Assembly: GCA_963850305.1 (NCBI GenBank)
Contig: CAWKKR010000007.1
Span: 928,001-992,000 of the forward strand
Origin: an uncultured delta proteobacterium
GTDB lineage: Bacteria; Myxococcota_A; Polyangia; Polyangiales; Polyangiaceae
Direction of reading: 5' to 3'
DNA: 64,000 bases
The notes under the pieces are model-generated. The model was given only the letters and a program-made list of their open reading frames with translations. It did no database searches and had not been told where the DNA came from. Numbering within the stretch: position 1 is the first letter of the stretch; each line of letters opens with the position of its first letter. Shown here one piece after another: positions 1-8,433 of this stretch. A program made the translations under genes and the position numbers.

Positions 1-365
1 TGGTGGCAGAAGTAACAGGTGACGCCCTGTAGATCGGCGGGCACGGTGTCGAGATTCAGTCCGTCGGTCGTGGCGTTCTCCGAGACGGCGAGGGGCGCGT
101 GGCAGTTCACGCAGAAGTTCCCGAGCTGTCCGCCGGTGTCTTTCTGGCCTCGCGCGTTCATGGCGCGGAAGACGGGATCGATCGACGCATAGGCGTGCAT
201 GCTGCCCGACCACTCCGTGTAGTGCTCCGCGTGACATTGCTTGCACGTCGTCGGGTCCATCAGCTGGGCGCGGGTGTCGGTCTTCTGGGGACCGCTGTCA
301 CCCCCGCAGGCGGCGACGGCGCCGAGGAGCGGCACCGAAAAAAGAAATAGTCCGACATGTCTCAT
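1..365 (-). CDS. Multiheme c-type cytochrome lipoprotein (cytochrome c554-like N-terminus); runs off the window edge
   Basis: Not in the ORF track. Manual translation from ATG 365 gives MRHVGLFLFSVPLLGAVAAC (lipobox), then CKQCH, W-x-x-S-M-H-A, CVNCH and CYFCH. The ATG overlaps the TGA of the upstream gene (ATGA). Confidence 0.85.
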   Translation of the reverse strand, partial: MRHVGLFLFSVPLLGAVAACGGDSGPQKTDTRAQLMDPTTCKQCHAEHYTEWSGSMHAYASIDPVFRAMNARGQKDTGGQLGNFCVNCHAPLAVSENATTDGLNLDTVPADLQGVTCYFCH

Positions 366-832
366 GGGCCAGGCGCTCCTTTCTTGATCCACTGGACGAT
401 GGCGCAGAGCGTCTGATCGTCCAGATGATCGCCGGGCGGCATCGACCAGGGATCTCCCACGGACTCGAGCCGCACGATGACTTTGCCGCAACTGACGTCG
501 CCTGGGATGACGCGCCTCTGGCCCTCCGCGTTGGTTGCCAGAAGATCTGCGTACGCCGTGTCGATATCGTCGAGCTTGAGGCCCGCCTCCGGATTCGAGC
601 CGCCGTGGCAGCCCCCGAGGTCGCTATGGCTGCACGTCGGAAAGAGCGTCTCGGTGAACAGGTTCTCGAAGGTTGGCGGGTAGAGCGGGTCCGTGCACGC
701 AGCGTTCGCGGGAGTCGACAGGCACGTCGGCTCCCCGCCAGTAGCGTCCTTGGACCCGCACCCCGACGTCACGGCGAGTCCCGCGAAGCCGAGCGCGACG
801 AGTCGTGCGAAGACTCGAGCTCGGAAAGGCAT
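362..832 (-). CDS. Putative monoheme cytochrome c lipoprotein with extended Cx7CH motif
   Basis: Start at ATG 832 gives a signal peptide with lipobox (VTSGC). Contains CSHSDLGGCH, GLKLD, a distal MPPG (candidate Met ligand) and C-terminal QWIKKGA, a class I cytochrome c-like layout. Confidence 0.6.
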   Translation of the reverse strand: MPFRARVFARLVALGFAGLAVTSGCGSKDATGGEPTCLSTPANAACTDPLYPPTFENLFTETLFPTCSHSDLGGCHGGSNPEAGLKLDDIDTAYADLLATNAEGQRRVIPGDVSCGKVIVRLESVGDPWSMPPGDHLDDQTLCAIVQWIKKGAPGP

Positions 833-984
833 TCGGATATCAGCGACTTCACCCTCCCGCGACCACGAGGTCAAGGACGGTCCAGGCCTGCCACCTGGGC
901 TCGATAGTGGCACCAACCCGCACGCCTGGTCGGCATAAAAGCCTGGGGGCGCTCCGTGGCGCGAGCCGGCTCCTCGACGCGACG

Positions 985-1104
985 TCAGCCCTTCTTGTCG
1001 CTCTTCGGCGTCGTCAGGAAGAGGATCGCGGGGATGGTTCCGATGAGGAGAACGATCGAGCCGACGATCGCGGCGAGATTGACGAGGCCGTTGTCGAGGG
1101 TCAT
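985..1104 (-). CDS. Small (39 aa) single-transmembrane protein
   Basis: MTLDNGLVNLAAIVGSIVLLIGTIPAILFLTTPKSDKKG*. GC-rich third positions, one hydrophobic helix and a basic tail. Alternative in-frame ATG at 1128. Below the ORF-track cutoff. Confidence 0.55.
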   Translation of the reverse strand: MTLDNGLVNLAAIVGSIVLLIGTIPAILFLTTPKSDKKG

Positions 1105-1298
1105 GGCGTCTTGGTCAGGACCATACATCGAGGCGCGCGGATGGCAAGCGCTAGCACGCCTTACCAGGCTCTTTGGCAGGACGGGTCCCTCGGACTGCCC
1201 GCTCGGGCGTTGGTGAGGGCGCGACGGGGCTCGATGGGTCGGGGCCGTGATATAAGCCCGTGACGCTCGGGCAGCGCCCGGGCATGGAGGCGGCCTCG

Positions 1299-1856
1299 AT
1301 GATCGACGAAGTTCTGAGCGAACTCCATCAGAACATGGAGAAGGCTCACGCGGCGCTGAAGCGGGATCTGACGAAGCTCCGGACCGGTCGCGCGCATTCC
1401 TCGATGCTGGACGGGATTCGCGTGGATTACTACGGTCAGCCGACGCCCCTCGCGCAGCTGGCGACGGTCAACGTTCCCGAAGCGCGGCTCATCACCGTGA
1501 AGCCCTGGGACAAGTCCCAGGTCAAAGCCGTCGAGAAGGCCCTCAAGGAAAGTGACGCCGGCCTGAACCCCTCGGTCGATGGGGACCTCATCCGGATCCC
1601 GGTGCCCCCGCTCAGCGAGGAGCGCCGCAAGGATCTCGTCAAGGTCGCGCGCCGAAATGGCGAAGAATGCCGGGTCGTCATCCGCAAGGCGCGGCACGAG
1701 GCGCTCGACCTGCTCGCGGAAATCAAAAAAGACGGCGGCGCGAGCGAGGACGACGTCGAGCGCGCGAAGAAGAAAGCGGAAGAAATCGTGGCCGAGGGCG
1801 GACACACCGTGGACGCCATCATTCAGGGGAAAGAAAAGGACATCCTGGAGATCTGA
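1299..1856 (+). CDS. frr: Ribosome recycling factor
   Basis: [32 protein letters not shown] and KEKDILEI motifs. GGAGG RBS before ATG 1299 gives 185 aa. Confidence 0.97.
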   Translation: MIDEVLSELHQNMEKAHAALKRDLTKLRTGRAHSSMLDGIRVDYYGQPTPLAQLATVNVPEARLITVKPWDKSQVKAVEKALKESDAGLNPSVDGDLIRIPVPPLSEERRKDLVKVARRNGEECRVVIRKARHEALDLLAEIKKDGGASEDDVERAKKKAEEIVAEGGHTVDAIIQGKEKDILEI

Positions 1857-1981
1857 CGCCCCGGCAAGTCGCTCGCGGGCGCGCGGGATCTTCGCCGGAT
1901 TCCGGACGAAACCGGGCCGTTTGCCGATGAGGTCGTTGTTCGGCGGCCCGAGCCGGGCCTATGATAAGATTTTTGAGAGAA

Positions 1982-2884
1982 ATGCGCGCCGTAGCCCACG
2001 GAATCAGCGACGTCGGTTTGCAGCGCGAGCACAATGAAGACAGCTTCGCCGTGCTCGCCGACCATGGTCTGTCCATCGTCGCGGATGGAATGGGCGGACA
2101 TCGCGCAGGGGACGTTGCGAGTCGTCTTGCGACGGACGCCATCGGTGAATTCTTCAAGAAGACGTCGAATGAGGACGCCACCTGGCCGTTTCATTTCGAC
2201 CCGAACCTCTCGGACGAGGAAAACAAGCTCATCACGTCCATTCGCCTCGCGAATCGCCAGATCTACGAGCACAGCACACGCTCGCAGGAGCTCCGCGGCA
2301 TGGGCACGACGGTCGTCGGGGCCCTGTATTCGCGCCGCAAGAATCGGATGTTCCTGGGTCACGTCGGCGACAGCCGCGCGTACCGCGTCCGTCACGGCGA
2401 GATCAAACAGATGACGCGGGATCACTCCCTCGTGAACGACTACCTGGCGGCGATGCCCGACATGACCGAGGAGCAGCGCAGCGAGCTGCCGAAGAACGTC
2501 ATCACGCGTGCGCTCGGCATGCAGGACAACGTGGAGGTGGACCTCCAGAGCGACGAATGCGAGCCGGGGGACACGTACGTGCTCTGCTCGGACGGCCTGA
2601 GCGGCATGATCAGCGACCGCGAGATCCTGGACGTCGTCACGGGCAGCGAGAAGCTCGAGGATGCCTGCCGCACGCTCATCAGCATGGCCAACGAGCACGG
2701 CGGGGAAGACAACATCACGGCGATCCTGATTCGCGTCGAGGACGACGCCGATCCACACCGGAACCTGGAGCTATCGACGACGCAGCCTCAATTGGGGCAG
2801 GCAACGGAGATGGGCTCGCTCGACACGCCCCGGGCACCGCAGGCATCGAGCACCGATCCCGCCCCGCCGCCGTCGAGGCCGTAA
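1982..2884 (+). CDS. PP2C-family (Stp1/PrpC-like) Ser/Thr protein phosphatase
   Basis: [33 protein letters not shown] and GGEDNIT motifs. Pro-rich C-terminal tail. Confidence 0.95.
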   Translation: MRAVAHGISDVGLQREHNEDSFAVLADHGLSIVADGMGGHRAGDVASRLATDAIGEFFKKTSNEDATWPFHFDPNLSDEENKLITSIRLANRQIYEHSTRSQELRGMGTTVVGALYSRRKNRMFLGHVGDSRAYRVRHGEIKQMTRDHSLVNDYLAAMPDMTEEQRSELPKNVITRALGMQDNVEVDLQSDECEPGDTYVLCSDGLSGMISDREILDVVTGSEKLEDACRTLISMANEHGGEDNITAILIRVEDDADPHRNLELSTTQPQLGQATEMGSLDTPRAPQASSTDPAPPPSRP

Positions 2885-2916
2885 GGGGCCCGGCCCGGCC
2901 CCGCCGCGCGGGCGGT

Positions 2917-3513
2917 CTAGCCGCTGCAGTTCTCGAAGAGGAACGCGCCGTCGGTGAGGCAGTCGGACGCGCCCGTCTGGCTCGCGACGTTGAACGCGTC
3001 GCAGTGGAACGTGGCCCAGATTTCTCCTTTTTTGATGCCGCCTTTGTTGGGCGTAATCGTCAGAGTGCAGCTGTTGCTGGTCCGGCTCTTCTGCGTCTGG
3101 GAGTCGTAGGAGTTCATGGTCAGCCCGGTGCTGCTCCCCGAAGCACTCACCGTGCCGGTCACGCTGAGCGTGAGGTCGGACGAGGATACCGAGGCGGAGA
3201 CCTCGAATTCGTCACCCGACGGCGCCACCGAACAGGTGACGCGGATCCCCTGGGAGCGGTCGACCACGACATTCTCGTCGGGCTTGCAGCCGGTGCTCTC
3301 GTCGCAATTAAGCAGCTCCTGGTTGACCTCGTTCTGGATGCTCTGCTGAGGGATACTCAGATAAGAATGCGAGCCGTCGCACGACTCGCCGCTCGACGGG
3401 TCCGGCTGAACGGCAATCGTGATCGCTGCCTGCGGCGGTGGATTTGGTGGCGCACTGCAGGCGAGGGCGCCAAAAGAGACCGCTGGCACCGCAAGCGTAA
3501 GAGCAAGATTCAT
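2917..3513 (-). CDS. Cys-rich lipoprotein of unknown function
   Basis: ATG 3513 gives MNLALTLAVPAVSFGALAC (lipobox). Beta-rich, multiple Cys, ends GAFLFENCSG. Confidence 0.7.
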   Translation of the reverse strand: MNLALTLAVPAVSFGALACSAPPNPPPQAAITIAVQPDPSSGESCDGSHSYLSIPQQSIQNEVNQELLNCDESTGCKPDENVVVDRSQGIRVTCSVAPSGDEFEVSASVSSSDLTLSVTGTVSASGSSTGLTMNSYDSQTQKSRTSNSCTLTITPNKGGIKKGEIWATFHCDAFNVASQTGASDCLTDGAFLFENCSG

Positions 3514-3643
3514 CCGACAGGTCCTCCGGGAATCCCTATCTACCCCAGTCGCGCACGCGCGGGCAAACGGAGCATTTCGACGATCCGCCCGGAATGCAAG
3601 CCTCCGCCTGTACGACACGCGCCAGGGACCGGAACAGTTACGG

Positions 3644-3717
3644 GGTGAGTGACGGGGATCGAACCCGCGACAACAGGAGCCACAATCCTGTGCTCTACCA
3701 ACTGAGCTACACCCACC
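3644..3717 (-). tRNA. tRNA-His(GTG)
   Basis: Reverse complement GGTGGGTGTAGCTCAGTTGGTAGAGCACAGGATTGTGGCTCCTGTTGTCGCGGGTTCGATCCCCGTCACTCACC. GTG anticodon, encoded G-1 and C73 discriminator. CCA not encoded. Confidence 0.96.
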
Positions 3718-3736
3718 GTGAACAGGGGGGCGACGG

Positions 3737-3766
3737 ATCTTAGCTCAGCTGGGGTGCACCCCGCAA
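3737..3766 (-). promoter_or_regulatory. Candidate sigma70-type promoter for tRNA-His
   Basis: TTGCGG-N18-TAAGAT on the minus strand about 20 nt upstream of the tRNA. Confidence 0.45.
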
Positions 3767-3817
3767 CCAGGGGCTTTGCGCTCCTGTGCCCTCCCGAGCT
3801 CGCCCACGCTCGGAGCG

Positions 3818-4078
3818 GCTTGCGTCGAGCCCTCCCGAGCTCAATCGAGCTCTCTGCCGCTCAGGTGAGCCGTCGCAACGCTCAATCGAGCGTCGCACGA
3901 CTCGATTCGAGCCGCGCCGAGCTCAATCGAGCGACCACCTACCTCGATTCGAGCCGCGCCGAGCTCACCGAAGCACGGTCTCGCCTCGGTTCGAGCGGGC
4001 GGGGGCACAGACGAGCTTTTTTTCGCTCGCGACGAGCCGCCCGACGCAGGCGTGAGCCATTGGACGCGCTCGGCGAGC
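3818..4078. repeat. Degenerate ~20.7-bp periodic array with GCTC-N4/5-GAGC palindromic core
   Basis: GAGC ends at 3830, 3850, 3870, 3891, 3912, 3932, 3954, 3974 (AAGC), 3996, 4016, 4037, 4057 and 4078. Exact 25-bp direct repeat CTCGATTCGAGCCGCGCCGAGCTCA at 3901 and 3943. Confidence 0.75.
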
Positions 4079-4166
4079 AAACCGAGCACACGCATGCGCT
4101 GCTCTGCCGCGCGAATGAGCAAAATCCGGCTACCTCGTCCGGCCCGACTGCCCATCAAGGCTGCGC

Positions 4167-5198
4167 TCAGCCGAGCCGTTCGTAGCGGTTCGCGGCCTCG
4201 CGGGCACGAGAGAGGTCGGCTTCGTGCCGAGGGTCGATCGAGCCGAGGGCCACGGAGCTCGGCGCGGCCGCCAGGGCGTCCAGCACGGCGCGGAGCGACC
4301 CCTCGAGACCATCGAGATCGTAGCCCCCTTCGAGCACCAGGCCGAGGCGGCCTCCAGGTCCGCGGGGGATGGCCTGCCGCAGTTGCTGAATCATTCCAGC
4401 GTACCCTTGCTCGGTCACGCGCATCTCCGCGAGCGGATCGCGAGCGTGCGCGTCGAAGCCCGCGCTGATGAGCACCAGCTCCGGGTCGAACGACGCGAGC
4501 TTCGGTCCGACGATGCGCTCGAAGGCGGCAACGTAAGCAGCGTCGCCGGCGCCGGCCGATAAAGGTACGTTGACCGTGGCCCCCTTGCCGTCGCCGCGGC
4601 CAGACTCCGCGACGTCGCCCGTGCCCGGATAAAACGGGAACTGGTGCAGCGAAATGAACAGCACGGACGGGTCGTCGTAGAAGATCTCCTGCGTGCCGTT
4701 CCCGTGATGCACGTCGAAGTCGACGATGGCGACCCGAGCGACGCCGCGTGCCCGCGCGTGCGCCGCGGCGACGGCGACGTTGTTCAACAGACAGAACCCC
4801 ATCGCGCAACCCGGGCGTGCGTGATGGCCGGGAGGGCGCACGAGCCCGAGTCCGAACGCCGCCTTGCCGTCGAGGAGAGCGTCCGTCAGGGCGATCGCGC
4901 CGCCTGCAGCCCGCCGCGCCGCAGCGTAGCTCTCCGGAGCGAAATACGTGTCCGCGTCGAGATACCCCGTCCGCCCGTCGATCTTCGAGAGTTCCTCGAG
5001 GTAGGCGGGTTCGTGGACGCGGGCGAGTTCATCGAGGGAGGCATCCCGGGGCGCGAGTTGCTGGATCGAGCCGACCCGGGCGCCCGAGAGGGCTCGCCGC
5101 GCCGCTTCGAGCCGCTCTGGACGCTCCGGATGTCCCGAAACCGGCGACCTGTGCTCGAGAAAGAGCGGATCCTCGACGACGGCAATGGTGTTTTCCAT
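4167..5198 (-). CDS. Histone deacetylase family (Zn-dependent) amidohydrolase
   Basis: GHPERPERL, RPPGHHA, GFCLLNN, DFDVHHGNGTQ, SAGFDAH and LEGGY motifs all intact. Confidence 0.95.
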   Translation of the reverse strand: MENTIAVVEDPLFLEHRSPVSGHPERPERLEAARRALSGARVGSIQQLAPRDASLDELARVHEPAYLEELSKIDGRTGYLDADTYFAPESYAAARRAAGGAIALTDALLDGKAAFGLGLVRPPGHHARPGCAMGFCLLNNVAVAAAHARARGVARVAIVDFDVHHGNGTQEIFYDDPSVLFISLHQFPFYPGTGDVAESGRGDGKGATVNVPLSAGAGDAAYVAAFERIVGPKLASFDPELVLISAGFDAHARDPLAEMRVTEQGYAGMIQQLRQAIPRGPGGRLGLVLEGGYDLDGLEGSLRAVLDALAAAPSSVALGSIDPRHEADLSRAREAANRYERLG

Positions 5199-5309
5199 CA
5201 GGTTTCGGTAGCGTAGCTCACTGTACCTTCACCAGGCGCGGCCCGAGAGAGCTCTCGGGGCCATCGTGCCGGCAAACCACCGGCAGGCCAGGTAGAAGGG
5301 GGGAGCACC

Positions 5310-6479
5310 ATGCGTTCGAAGATCATCATCGTTAATGCCGGCATCATCGTCATCGTGGCGGTTCTGTCGTTCGTGCTTCTCGCCACGGGCCTCCGGAGCA
5401 CGCTGGCTGATCCCGCTGCGAGGAAGGCAGACGCCGAACGGTCGCTGCGCAGCGCCAACGCTCAGCTGGATCTCGACGGCCTGCTTCTGGAGCGTTGGCT
5501 CGCCGAGCAGGCGACCCGCCCCGAGGTAAGGGACGTTTTCTCGGGTGGCACCGAACAGGCCCGGAACGATCGCGCGACGGCGGAGGCCGACAAGCTGCGC
5601 GGCATCGCGACGTCGAACCCGGAGTTTGCCCGGATACCGCCGGCCCTGGTGCTCTTCGTCGACAAGGACGGCGTCGCGCTCGGCCGCGACGGCTCGGCGT
5701 TGATGCGCGGAGACAAGATGGCCGACGCGTATCCATCGCTCGGGGCCGCACTGAAGGCCGGCCACACGATGAGCGATATCTGGCTCAACCGCGCGCGCCA
5801 GGAGCAGCTCTTCGCCAGCTACGCGCCCGTTCGTGGCGACGACGGTACGGTGGTCGGATCGCTCGTGATCGGCACGGCCTTGAACGACGAGCGCCTCAGC
5901 AGGACCAGTGATCTCACGAGCGGCGCCGCGCTCGTGCTCGGGGTCAAAGGTCAGGCCGCCAAGCTCGAGATCATCGCGAAGAGCGACCAGGCCGGGGCCG
6001 ATGTTCTCGGCATCGCCCAGTCCGGCCCCGTCATGGACGCCGCAACCGCGGCGCTCGGGAGCGGGAACCTGACCAACGTGAGCGATGCGTCGAAGGATTT
6101 CGTCGTGACGGTGGCACCTCTCGGCGGCTATGGCGACGGAGCGAACGCGGCCCTCATCGCCCTCGTCCCGGCATCCCTGGTCGCCAGCCTTCCGAACCTC
6201 TTGTGGCCGGTATTTGCCGTCGGCGGACTCGGCATCTTGCTGGTCATCGCCGGGGGCGTCGTTCTCGGCAACTACATGTCCGAGCCGATCTCGGAGATCG
6301 AGGAAGGCTTGCTCCAGATCATCAATGGCCGGACCGACCTCCGTTTCCAGCTCGAGCACGAGGAGCTGGGCGGCCTCATCTCGCGCATCAACACGCTTCT
6401 CAATGCGTTGATGGGCGTACCCGAGACCGACGAGGAAGGGCGGACTTCGGCCGCGCCCGAACAGCCGTATCAGGAGTAG
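5310..6479 (+). CDS. Two-TM sensor-like membrane protein with periplasmic (Cache-like) region and C-terminal HAMP domain, no output domain
   Basis: N-terminal TM, ~270 aa extracytoplasmic region, second TM, then the HAMP pattern PISEIEEGLLQIINGRTDLRF...ELGGLISRINTL and a short acidic tail. Confidence 0.75.
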   Translation: MRSKIIIVNAGIIVIVAVLSFVLLATGLRSTLADPAARKADAERSLRSANAQLDLDGLLLERWLAEQATRPEVRDVFSGGTEQARNDRATAEADKLRGIATSNPEFARIPPALVLFVDKDGVALGRDGSALMRGDKMADAYPSLGAALKAGHTMSDIWLNRARQEQLFASYAPVRGDDGTVVGSLVIGTALNDERLSRTSDLTSGAALVLGVKGQAAKLEIIAKSDQAGADVLGIAQSGPVMDAATAALGSGNLTNVSDASKDFVVTVAPLGGYGDGANAALIALVPASLVASLPNLLWPVFAVGGLGILLVIAGGVVLGNYMSEPISEIEEGLLQIINGRTDLRFQLEHEELGGLISRINTLLNALMGVPETDEEGRTSAAPEQPYQE

Positions 6480-6639
6480 ACGGCTTGGGGGCCACCAAGG
6501 CCGCCGCGCGGCTGCACCCGGCTGCACCCGGCTGCTCGGGTCACGGGGAAGGACTGTCGGGAAGAGGGGGTAACCCTATTTCCGAGCATCTCGGCTCGCC
6601 ACTTGCTATCCCTCGTGCCCCGCCCGCTAGAGATTCTCC

Positions 6640-7389
6640 ATGGGACTCTTCGATTTTCTCGGCAAGAAGACCAGTGACGCGCCGCCGGCGCCCAAGAAGC
6701 CCAGCGCAAAGGACCTTCCGCGCCTGGCGCGCCTTTCCGGCGACAAGATGGCGCAGAACTACGATCGTCAAGAAGCGATCGCCGAGCTCTCGAGGATCGC
6801 CACGGGCGCTGCCGCCGAGGGTCTGCTCAGGAGATTCGGTTTCACCATGGAGCCGTCGATCACCGATCAGGAAGAGAAGGAGTCTGCGGCGGAGGGTGTC
6901 GCTGCGGCCGGCGAAGCGGCCATCGAGCCCATTCGTCGCTACTGCGTGCGGGCCGAAAGCCTCACCTGGCCTCTGAAGATCCTGAAACGCATCGTGGCCG
7001 AAGAGCAGATGATGGATGAGCTCTTGACGCTCCTGGAGCAGTTCGACACCGAGTACGTCCGAAACTCGGAGCCGAAGATCCAGCTCATCGCCGCGCTCGA
7101 GGAATACGTGTCCGATGACGTGCGGACCGCGGTGGAGCCGTATTTGCTCGATGCGAACGAGACCGCCCGGTTTCACGCGGCGGTCACCGTCTTCGCGATG
7201 AACGACGCGAAGAGCGTCGCGCCCCTGGTGAACGCGCTCGCCGAGGAAGAGTCTCTTCGCGTGAAGAATCGCATCGCGGTCGGGCTGGTCGAGAAAGCGT
7301 GGCCGGTCCCCCCGGAACTCGCCGATCCTTGCCGCAAAGGGCTGCCCCCTGGGTTCGTCCTCGACGGCGACCGCGTGCGAAGAAAGTAG
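6640..7389 (+). CDS. HEAT-repeat protein (cytoplasmic)
   Basis: Helical repeats (PYLLDANETARFHAAVTV, LAEEESLRVKNRIA) and N-terminal MGLFDFLGKK. Confidence 0.75.
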   Translation: MGLFDFLGKKTSDAPPAPKKPSAKDLPRLARLSGDKMAQNYDRQEAIAELSRIATGAAAEGLLRRFGFTMEPSITDQEEKESAAEGVAAAGEAAIEPIRRYCVRAESLTWPLKILKRIVAEEQMMDELLTLLEQFDTEYVRNSEPKIQLIAALEEYVSDDVRTAVEPYLLDANETARFHAAVTVFAMNDAKSVAPLVNALAEEESLRVKNRIAVGLVEKAWPVPPELADPCRKGLPPGFVLDGDRVRRK

Positions 7390-7500
7390 CGACGCAAGGT
7401 CGACGGACCCGGCTGGCCAAAGCGGGTCCTCCGCTTCACGCCGAGGCCGGGGTCGAGGGATAACGGGGAGCGGCCGCGCTGCGCGCTGCGGTACCCGAGA

Positions 7501-8433
7501 CTATTCGCTGATGTCGGGCTTGGTCGGGAAGAAGAAGCCCCAGGAGACCGTCAACATCTGGTTGAACTTGAACTCCTTGTCGGCCGAGCTGATCGCGTAG
7601 TCCGGGAACTTGTTGCCGGGTCCGCCCCCGTGATTGTCGAAGCCGCTGGTGTTCCTCGAGAACGGCATGCCGCGCCACTCGAAGCCGAAGGCATTCCAGT
7701 TGTTCACGTAGAACGAAAGTCCGAGACCGAAAGTAGGCGCGATCGCGACGCTGCTCTGCAGGTTGAACGACTGGGGGCTGGAGCAAGTGCCCGCCGCGCA
7801 ATTGCCGCGCTCCCGGACACCGACGACCGCGGCGCCGCCGAAGAGGTACAGATCCGTGTCCGCGAAGATGCTCTGGAAGAGTGCAATCTTGCCGCGGAAG
7901 GGCACCACCGTCAGCTGCGGTGCGAGCACCCAGTCAATCGTCCCGAGCTGGTTCAGGAAGTTCGGACCGAGGTTCACCGACGTGATGCGCGCATCGGTGG
8001 TCGGGGGCTGACCGTGGCTCAGCTGAGTATTGTTCACATTCTGCCGCTGGACGTTGACGGTCTGGATGTTTTCGGCGAGCGCGGTGTCGACCTTCACGGC
8101 GCCATACGCGCCCCACACTCCGAGCGCGATCCAGTCCGCGAGGTTGTAATTGAGGCGAGCGCCGAAATAGATTTCACGCTGATACTCGTCGAGGAGCGAG
8201 AAAGTCGCCGTCGGCGCAATCTCGAACCGGCCCTGGCGATAGAGCTTGAGCTTGCGCACCGAGGGCGCCCCGGCGAGCGGCCCCGTCAGGAGGATCTCCT
8301 GGGCCTGGGCGGTTTGGGTCCCCGCGAGCAGCGTCAAGCCAGCGACGAGGCCGGCGAGCGCCACCCGTCCCATCCTGCCCACGATCTTGCTGGTCAATCG
8401 CATCGCGCCGTGTCCTTGCCGTTGTTCGATCAT
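7501..8433 (-). CDS. gltA: Outer-membrane beta-barrel protein, gliding GltA-like (not citrate synthase)
   Basis: Signal peptide (AQA-Q), GRFEIAPTATFSL, amphipathic beta strands and C-terminal GFFFP. ATGA overlap with the upstream barrel gene. Distinction from GltH is uncertain; alternative start 8403. Confidence 0.6.
   Translation of the reverse strand: MIEQRQGHGAMRLTSKIVGRMGRVALAGLVAGLTLLAGTQTAQAQEILLTGPLAGAPSVRKLKLYRQGRFEIAPTATFSLLDEYQREIYFGARLNYNLADWIALGVWGAYGAVKVDTALAENIQTVNVQRQNVNNTQLSHGQPPTTDARITSVNLGPNFLNQLGTIDWVLAPQLTVVPFRGKIALFQSIFADTDLYLFGGAAVVGVRERGNCAAGTCSSPQSFNLQSSVAIAPTFGLGLSFYVNNWNAFGFEWRGMPFSRNTSGFDNHGGGPGNKFPDYAISSADKEFKFNQMLTVSWGFFFPTKPDISE

Noticed and set aside
3901..3967. 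CRISPR-like 25-bp direct repeat pair
   Set aside because: Only two exact copies, a 17-nt spacer that is itself repeat-like, and no cas genes. It is part of the ~21-bp periodic array.
3718..4185. 155-aa ORF with heptad-like LDSSRAEL repeats
   Set aside because: Antisense across the tRNA promoter, no RBS, and the underlying repeat spacing is often not a multiple of 3.
6511..6535. GGCTGCACCC x2.5 short tandem repeat in an intergenic region
   Set aside because: Too short and GC-rich to support a function.
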